Shown here one piece after another: positions 40,151-49,341 of a stretch of DNA of 64,000 nt (within the stretch, counting starts at the first letter, position 1; each line of letters begins with the position of its first letter). Source of the DNA: Lingula anatina (lineage: Eukaryota > Animalia > Brachiopoda). The stretch spans positions 38,728,788 to 38,792,787 of the forward strand of contig CM120640.1 of the NCBI GenBank assembly GCA_051362555.1. Direction: 5' to 3'. The notes under the pieces were generated by a model. It was given only the letters and a program-made list of their open reading frames with translations. It was not told where the DNA came from and did no database searches. The position numbers and the translations under genes are program-made.

Positions 40151-41979
40151 TTACCTAATTGTTCAATTATGGGAGATTAGAATAACCTTGATTATTATGA
40201 AAAAAATTTAAAAGAACAATATTTAGATATGTATCAGAAGGGTTTTCTTCGTGGTCAATTAAATTGTCAAATTTGATTGGTATTTGTTTACGGGATCGAG
40301 CAAGTGAACCGAGTTACAGTCACAAATCTGGGAGGAGAAAAGAGACCGTCAAATCATATAAATTATAAAATATTGGCTTCATGAAAAACATTCAACTTTA
40401 AACTATGGGTTAGAAAAGTTAACCGAACCCTCTTGTTTTTCATTATCAACTGCTATTAATACAAAGGTGACTCTAATTTTCGAATGAAGGTAACAAAATC
40501 AGAATACCAGGCCTATGATCATAGAAAATTGTGTATTGGCACGGCGAATGAAACTCAAATATCGCTGTCACCTTATCACCAGGGTTTATCAGTTCACATA
40601 GGTAACCGTGCTCTCTTCACTCAACCTTTGACGCGCGAAACGAAGAAACAGATAACAAATATCTCATATGATGATGTGTACATGCGACGTTGGAAAATTA
40701 TGTGATGTGATCTTTCAAAAGAGCATTTAGGTATTTCCTGTACTTGTCTGACTCGTTTTACAACCCGTGTGCTTTCACAACCACTCTTGAATATGCGTCA
40801 AATTTCATTATCAATTTCGGTAGGTTTTTGCGTATCGCCAGATGTGTTATGATATAAGTGACATAAGAGGGAAAATATAAACATGATGATGATTCTCTTA
40901 AAACGAAAGGTTGTGTTTATAAGAACCCGCAAACCTCACTCCGTTGTTAGCTAAAGATTTCCCCTTTGCCCGTTTTTAACGCAAATTTTGTATTTTATTT
41001 TGCATTTTTTTCACGGGTTTACATATATTATCTGATGATCGTTACCCGATTTTCATGAAATTTTTGCAATTTTATTCATTAATACCATTAGGCCTATCTA
41101 TAGGCGTGTCTTCGCAAAATCACCCATATCATCACATAAGGGCCTATCTGTGAGTCATAAATGGTGGTTAACATTGTGGAGGTTTCAAACTCCAAAAAAG
41201 GCAACTGATACACTTGAAGTGGATCGTGTCATCCCCTTATTATACCTGTTGGGTAATTTTAGATCCTGCACATTTTTGGCCTTGAACCAAAATTGATAAT
41301 AATGAGCGATCCCACAAAATCGCATTAGGAGAAACCTAGCATTTTTGTTAATCAGAGGACACGCAAAGCTCCGTCATTTATGTGACTTTTTTCTTGTCAT
41401 TCTATATCGGGATCAAGGGAGAGAAATTGAGTAGTATCGGATACACATATCCCGAGCACAGTTGACAGATCGTTAAAACAGTGAAGTTATGCCAAGCGCA
41501 TTCGACACGCCCAGGCACGCGCGAAACGTTACCTACTCGTCATGGACATGCCACATTGTTAACCTTTTCGAACAGTATTAGTCTTGATATAAACCAAGTT
41601 GTTACATTCTGGCTATTTACGACACCCTTATCACGTTTCATTTTCTGATAATTCCTGCTTTAGTTATTTGACAATGTAACTTTGTTAACTGCTGAATGTG
41701 ACAATAGTTTAATCAATTACGACATTTTGTTGTTGGGCGTGGTCTTTCTAGTTCTCCTTGAACTGCTCTTATCAATCTACGCATCAAGCCACGAATCCAC
41801 CCGAACTATTTCAAACATACCGCTCTGAAACGAATTTCTCTTGAACTTTGTTAATCGACAGAAAAAAGAGGATATCGACTTTAGGCGTTAGGCGCTGAAA
41901 TGGAAACTATTCATGTTTCATTTTCATAAGCAGTATAACTTACAAATTCAACATAATTCAAGACAATGTACAACACTTG

Positions 41980-42848
41980 CAAGCATATTAAACAAAAGTT
42001 ACTTTAATAATATATTTAATTTCTTTTACAGTGAAAATAAATATTGCACCAATTTTCAGTTTCGTAAAAAATGAGATCGCGTGAATCTATAAACAATTTT
42101 CATTTTTCTGATAACAGTTTAACATAAAACGAATCATAATTCTGACAAGAAATTATCTTATACTTTGTACAACGAATAAATGCTACGACATGAAAAGTGA
42201 TGCCATAGACTAGACTGTATAGCTATTTACATGCCCATGTGGGTTCGTTAAGTTGCGAAAGCGACTTTACAAAACAAAACACAGGTAAACCAAGTTCGAC
42301 CTAGTTCCGCCTGCACTGGCTTCTAAAGTAAATATTACACAATAAATGAACTTTGGGCTGCACCAAACAAAAGTTTACGTATAAAATTCAGTTCTTATAT
42401 ACTGTCTTCATCCAGTGAGACCAAACGAATAATGAATAGCAATATATATCATGCTATTCGAGATCATTGTGAAAATACTGTCAAGTTCAACAAGGACTAT
42501 TTTGACAGTCTTGCGGCCCTGGGAAATGAACGCACCTCCTCGATAGAAAGTTTATCAAAACGAGCCTCTTGACAAAATGGGCTGTTTGCCAAACGACAAC
42601 ACTATTATTCCAACAGGTGAATTGCGAATTGGTTTTAATGTCGTGACCGGACTGTCAGATCCTTTGACTTGGAGAGACAGCGTAGCACTAATGTCTTTTT
42701 TTCACCACACCACTTGCAATACGTTTTTTTCCCTCGGGATTTTATTGCAGCACTGATTGTCAATTGTCATGTTAGATTAGTTGTAGAAGTGTCCTGTTGA
42801 CAGTGTGCCAACTCGCAGCCTGACCCCATGTCCCCAATTAGAGTTGAC
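41980..42848 (-). other. Putative non-coding exon 2 (3' UTR) of the BH3-only gene
   Basis: Strong acceptor tctatttttgtatttgtag|G at 42849/42848 pairs with the donor at 43701 (853-nt intron). ATTAAA signals at 42015-42020 and 42003-42008 are followed by U/GU-rich sequence. The 3' end is approximate. Confidence 0.5.
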
Positions 42849-43722
42849 CTACAAATACAAAAATAGACGCCATGGTAAAATCTACATGAAACATATTTGA
42901 TTGAGCATTTTCATCTCGGTGCTGGTATTGACATTGAAGAAAACCTGCTCTGTCATGTTTTCTGAAAGCTAGACAAAAAGTCAAGGTCGCCGTTTTCTAC
43001 CATTTATAATCATCAACGTAACAAGTTTCTAACAAAGCGGGGGGTAACGTCAAGACCTTCGTCATTACTTTCCACAAATAAATCCGCGAAACTGAGAGTT
43101 GATTTAATGCAAACATGTGTCATATCATTTACGCTGTCGCGTGGCCCTGGTTCACGGCTCGACGACGTGGTAATGTTTACAAACATTGGCACGTGGCCAG
43201 TGGAAGGGAGATGTGTTATTTTTAGACGAGCGCGCTACGTTTTCTGGTTCATAGATTTGCTGTGAATACCCTTTGTTTAAGGGCTGTGTTTGTCAATTTC
43301 CTATTTTTCTGGAACTCGTTCTGGTGCCATCCAAGTTAGTGCCAGTTCGTCGGGTGTATTGTCATTAAAGAATAGTTCTGTGTCGAGACCACAATGGATT
43401 TATGAAGTACATTGAGTAATAAGTATTGTCATAGTAAAATAGCCCTACACGGACTATGGCAGGATGACAAACCGTTTACCAAGGATGGCCTTATGTTGCT
43501 ATGACAAGGAAACAGACTTACACGCGGGACTTTTTTCATTGTTTTTGGAGCATATTTGTTAGCCTCCCATATATACCTGTTTATTTGTAAGCAGGCCCTG
43601 TCAATTTGCGACAGAACGCCCTCTTTAATATTGACACTTTTTAAATTTTATTAGATACATTTATATTATAAGTAAAAATAACAATATGACATAATTCTTA
43701 CCTGAATTCCAATGGGATTACA

Positions 43723-44004
43723 TCATCTGAACATAAATTGAATATACACCCGTAATATGTGCTTGAACAACACAGTCTTGTCCTCGAGGTAAAAAATACA
43801 ACGCCAGTCAGCGAAGAAATTTGTCCATCGAATTTTATGAGACAGTGTCATCTCTTTATCCAGGTCATCTCCTATTGTACGCAGTCTCTCTGCCACCTCG
43901 CGTAAGTGTTCTTGGAAAGCAGGTGACAATTTATTCTCTCGTTGCCCGTCACTGTCGGAGGTGCTCATAGAGCCTTCTCGGCTGTCTGAATTTTCCCTTG
44001 ACAT
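43723..44004 (-). CDS. 93-aa BH3-only Bcl-2-family protein (candidate HRK/DP5 positional ortholog)
   Basis: ATG 44004 is in good context (caacATG). A disordered S/D/E-rich N-terminus precedes a canonical BH3 LREVAERLRTIGDDLD (L-x3-G-D-x-L at ~43858-43896) and a hydrophobic/basic tail VLFKHILRVYIQFMFR. No BH1/BH2 motif. TATA and CCAAT lie upstream, and a consensus donor CAG|gtaag follows 21 nt after the stop. Confidence 0.8.
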   Translation of the reverse strand: MSRENSDSREGSMSTSDSDGQRENKLSPAFQEHLREVAERLRTIGDDLDKEMTLSHKIRWTNFFADWRCIFYLEDKTVLFKHILRVYIQFMFR

Positions 44005-44119
44005 GTTGAGAAAGAGATATTGAATCAACTATGGAGGTGTATCTAATGGCCTGTGTATCTTCAGTCTATCATAGTCCTATCTCGCTGTCATATTCTTTCA
44101 CCAGTGTGTATAATCTTAT

Positions 44120-44330
44120 TTCTAACCAGAAACATTTGGATCACCTTTGTTTATAGCGCGAGTCCAGACCTGCGAATCTCATTGGTCGAAATAGCGCATG
44201 ACTGCGCGAATACGACTGGCAAAAGTCCAGGGACTCCACGTGCTTTTGTTTGCATTTTGTTAGGGGGTTTTTGCGAGGTCGAGTGAGAATGGGTTCCGCC
44301 ACGAACATTTTCTGGGGGTATTTCCATTTT
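44120..44330 (-). promoter_or_regulatory. TATA-type core and proximal promoter of the BH3-only gene
   Basis: TATAAA at 44150-44155, CCAAT at 44181-44185, E-box CACGTG at 44237-44242 and Rel-like GGGTATTTCC at ~44316-44325, in CpG-rich sequence. Confidence 0.6.
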
Positions 44331-47300
44331 CTTAATAATTTTATTAGCGTTATGCAATCCGTTTTTTTTTTCAAAAGTAAATTTAGCCGTCTCTCGCATC
44401 CCATATAGGTATTGTCAGGTGAAAATGATATCCTTCGTTGTTCTTATCACAAGGTCACACAGCACGATGCACGCACAAGGTAAAGCGAATCATTGTGCCC
44501 CGTTAAGATATATTAAGGTTAACTTTTGATTAGGACAACCACTTATGTATGTTTTGGCGTGCTTTCGTTTCGGATCAAGTAGATTGAAATTGTTTTTAAA
44601 AAATGGGCGGGGTGTGGGGTGGGTATTTTCATATTATGTAGGTTTCCTAACTAGTTTGAATTGGTACACCATTTGTTCAACATCGAAATACTTAGTAAAA
44701 ATCTAAGATTTCCAGGAAAAATAAGATAAAGTTAAGGAATAACTCTGTGGCTCGTTAAATGAAAAGAAATGCAAGTATATTGGGTTAAAATGTTACATAT
44801 CAATTCGTTGTTGTGTTGAGCAAACATACTGTAGTTTTATGTTGAGGACTCTTTTAACGTTGTGTAATACAGGTTTTATCGAACGTTACTTTTATTGAAG
44901 ATATCTAACAGTTCATGGTAAGTTTTCAAAATCTTACATCGCTAAAACTATCCAGCATGCCAAAATGGTTTAGATCAATTCGTTATTGTATTAAGCTAGA
45001 CATATTCTTATTAGATGACTCTAGTTTTTATTGCGAATTGATTAGTATTGAGCGGGTAGCCATGGTCGATATGGCGGGAGTCAGCGTGCAGGGATTACAA
45101 CGTCTTACGGTCGCCCTGACCAAACATAACGACTGTTGCTATTTCCCCGTGGGGCACAAAACGCCTGAAATTTGGACTGCGATACCGAACAGAGTTGAGC
45201 GAGTAATCGAATTTTATCTATTTCATAATTGCTTTTATCTAGTATGAATTTTCTGGAGCCATAGAGAGACTTATTTCTTTGAAATTGAGATATCTGTTCT
45301 TTGTTTCAGTGGTTAAATGTCTACAAAAATCATTTTCGAACTTGGTGCAAATTTGTTTGTCTTCATGTTCTTCGTCTTGTTAGCGTCAGTCTCAGCAGAA
45401 ACATGAAAAACATCCAGCCAGACAAACACAGATCTAGAGGAATTCACTGATACGAATACTTTATTTCCATTTATTAATTAATCTATATATATTTATTCAT
45501 TTATTTATTTGTCATTGTCAAATTAAATGGAATTCATGTACTCTAATGAAGTGCAGTAAGTGCGTAAGTACAAAGATTTAGACAGAAAGAAAGAAAGAAA
45601 AGAAAAGAAAGGGGGAAATGTTGATCGTTCTGTTCCATTTGCACTCGTAATAATATCAAAGCATACGGGTCGTGAACCCTTTATTATTCAAGTCAGGTCG
45701 CCAGTATTGACGCTTCATCAGATGTTGAACTGGCTGAGGCTGTTGTTATTTTCTCGGAAATGTTGAATAGTGCTTGTCTCCCTGCAGCATACATCACACG
45801 AATATAGACGTAAGGACAAAACAAAACATTTTTGTTTTATTCTACCACAATTGAGATAAAGCATCAAGGACCAAATAAAGAAAAAGATTCGAAAATGTTA
45901 CCGAACTCGCTTTGAGCGTGTTAGCGTGCTTGCCGTTTTATTATTAGTGACGTACGTTCGGGAAATGGATTTAAAAGGCGTTTTCGCTTATCGAAATTTA
46001 CCATGTATTTTAAAAAGTGCGAATTAGGATTCTGCGTTTTTGTTTTAAGCCTACATGAAAGGAAGCCTTATTATACTGGGATCAAGTGCCTTTTGGGATA
46101 TTGGGAATTAATGATAAAATGTGGCAAGTTAAGCAAAAATAAAGTGATGTGCGATATAAATGCTCTCATGTAAACCCTATACCAAACTATAAGAGATGAT
46201 GTTATGTAGACGCAATAAGGGATTAATACATAAGCATCCATATGCAAATTAAGATAAAAGGACGTAGAGATAAGCTTATGCACACAAGTGGTGTTAAAAT
46301 TCAAAAAAGCCTCCATATGTTAATGTGTTGGGTGCATGCAAACACGGATTGCGTGTAAATGTAGACGAAATATCAATCTCTAGAAACATTACAATACATC
46401 CCAGAATACTGCGAACGATCGTGGCTTTCCACGTGGGCCAATGCATACATGTCTTGTAAACGTGTCTGAGAGTAAATGCGAGAAATATGAGAATAGAATT
46501 TAAAAGCCAGACACTTTGGCAGAGTTTTTATTCCGTAGCAGTCGAGTAGTTACAGATTGTTTATCATTACTTATTTTATTTATTTTTTTTGTTTGTTTGT
46601 TTTTTGATATTCAGACAGCAGAGTTAAAAAACGACTTTGTCCTATTTATACCAGTAAAACGCTTTACCACACTCTTCGGTCGGGGAAAAAACGTAGGTCT
46701 ACGGGAGTTTTGCTCGGGTGAATCTCAAAATTGTTTGACAAATATTTTTAAGAAATATTTTCTGAAAATGTCCACACGACAAATTTTATGACAATTAGGA
46801 GAAAATAATCGGTCAAACAAAACCATAAAAATGTGAAATAGAACATTTGTTTGATGTGTAGAATTATCAAAAGGAAATCTGCTGTACAAAATGCATGGTT
46901 TTATTTTGGATTTTTTTTTACAATCTTTAGATGCCCATTTTTCTCTTAAAACATCGCTGTCTGAATTTTGACAAATTCGAGATATCTAGCCTTTAGAAAA
47001 AATTCAAATAAAAACTAAATATAATTTTAAAAACAGTTGTTAAGTATGTAAACTTTCACGCCAATCGACACACATAAAAGATCAAGCATAAAGCATGACT
47101 ACTGCAATATCATATGCGCAAAAATATTATCTTTTGAGCAGAAACGTTTGTAATAATGTCAAGACAGCTTTAGATCTATTGAGTAATAATATGTATCATA
47201 AATCAAAGAAAGAAAAAGAAAACTTGTGGAATTCAGAAGAAATGTTCGTTTTCTCTTATTTTAACCGTGTTAATATGTTCATCTATCATACTTGATACGT

Positions 47301-48996
47301 ATAGATTTTTAAAAAATGCGTTGACTAGCTTAAGAAGATAATTTTAAAACTTAGTAAAACTTCCTAACTGCGTATTAAGTTCCATATCATGAATATCAGC
47401 AGGGTTGCAAAAGTCGAGACGAAATTATTTCCACAGACGTTAAAATCAGCGTAAAGATTAAAACAGAAACATTAATGTCCAGAATAAGAAGACCTCATGC
47501 CAGACTTTTTTTTTTATAGACACGAGTAACAAATATTTATGGATAAAGTGGTGATCTGATGTTCGCCTGCTTGGAGATTGCGTGCAGGTTTTTCGGTTTT
47601 TGTTTGTGACAATTAGAATCCACACTTTTAAGGTTGTGTTCGTGTAACACTTCATGGGCACTCAAAACGTTTACTGGAAAAGGGGCATTGGCCGCTGTAG
47701 ATAATGCTTGTTCGCATTTTCAGCAAATTAACTGTTTGCGTTACTAGCGCGGAATGTCACTAAAAGCATGCGGGAATGGGCATTTGAAGCGAAAACGCGA
47801 CCTACGGCGCAAAAAAAAAAAATCAAGACGGTATTTTATCGAATAATATTCACACAATAATACATGTTACATTTAAAAGACTGGCACTTAACCGAAACTC
47901 TAAATTTACAATGAGGTATTTGGATAAATCCCAAATAAAATCGTGCCAGGAAGTTCTTGTACAGATGAAGCCTGTCGACTCTTGGGAGCGCTCCTGGTTG
48001 CAGTGTTGGTTGTCGTTTTACCAAAATTGCCGAATTTCTTCAATAAATCCATTCCAACAATACTTACTCGTTTTCATTCAGGTAAAAAATTATTTTTCAA
48101 AATACAGGATGATCAGAATTGTTTTAATGGCATGTTCTCAATAAATGCAACTATATCATACAGGATATTTATCATTATTTAAACACCACACAAAGTATAT
48201 AAATTTCAAAATACTTAAGATATCCTGTTTAAAGGACAAACTAAGGTTATGATCCTTCGTTATTTTAATAATGCATCTTAAATATTTAACGTGTAACAAT
48301 AGTTAAGTCCAGTACGCACATCATCGTAACTGAGTCACGATGCCCAGCAAACCCTTAAAGGTATTTTAATTATGCCCCACTCCTTTTTTAATGTGCTCTT
48401 TTCTAACTGGTGCCTTTTGCAGTTTTAAAAGATTAACAATGTTATCATAATAATTTGGCACAAGGAAGACATATAGTTTATAAAGTAAATTACCTTGTGA
48501 ATGTCTTACAGTGATTACTTTTTAATCTAATGTGCACAAACACTCACCCACATCTTTTCATTACACATATATATTACATATACATAAATTGGACCCTATT
48601 GATCACAAGAAAAAAATCTTTTATCATTTAAATACAAGCTGGAGAAAACATGTTTTATCCCATAACCTTATTGATTTTTAACCACAGCAGTTGTAACAGG
48701 TACTTTTCCTCCTGCGAACACTATCCACTCAATAACAATAATCTGTGTACATTTGACCTTACCATAAGGACATCTATAAGTATAGGATGTTGTATCAATT
48801 AGTGGTCATGTTACACAGTATGTGACCCCATGCCCCGGCCTCATCTTAATACATAACACATCGCTAGTCCAATTAGCACCTTTTCTGATGGAGAAAAAGC
48901 AGTCTCTAATCTTGTCCTCACGGGGTAAATTGCTTTGACCCCAATATGATCTGACAGTAATTTGAAAACAAGTTATTCTTTTTTAAACAAATTATT

Positions 48997-48999
<3 letters not shown>

Positions 49000-49051
<52 letters not shown>
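49000..49051. repeat. (TA)n microsatellite
   Basis: Visible directly. Confidence 0.97.
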
Positions 49052-49056
<5 letters not shown>

Positions 49057-49341
49057 CCTTTTGGAACTTCTGTGAAAAACAACTGTAGTCATGCAAGGTA
49101 ACTGGCTTATTGTATAACACTATATTTTTACGGACTTGGGTTCTTGTTGATCATCTTGCCTGTTTTTATTTTTCTGAAATAAGCATTACGGACCAAAGTC
49201 CATAGGTGGTAGACCAAAACATTTGACTGATGTTATTTAATCTCTTAGTAAAAAATAATTCTACTTTATCATCCTATTAAGAGACCATGTAAAAGCTCTT
49301 CCATAGTATTGAAGAAATTATTACATAATAATAATAATAAT

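Noticed and set aside
40895-41360. Transposon-like fragment containing ccgattttcatgaaattt
   Set aside because: No termini or second copy in the window to support a call.
44005-44028. ORF-track start (TTG, 101 aa) for the BH3 protein
   Set aside because: Non-ATG start; the first ATG at 44004 has good Kozak context and gives 93 aa.
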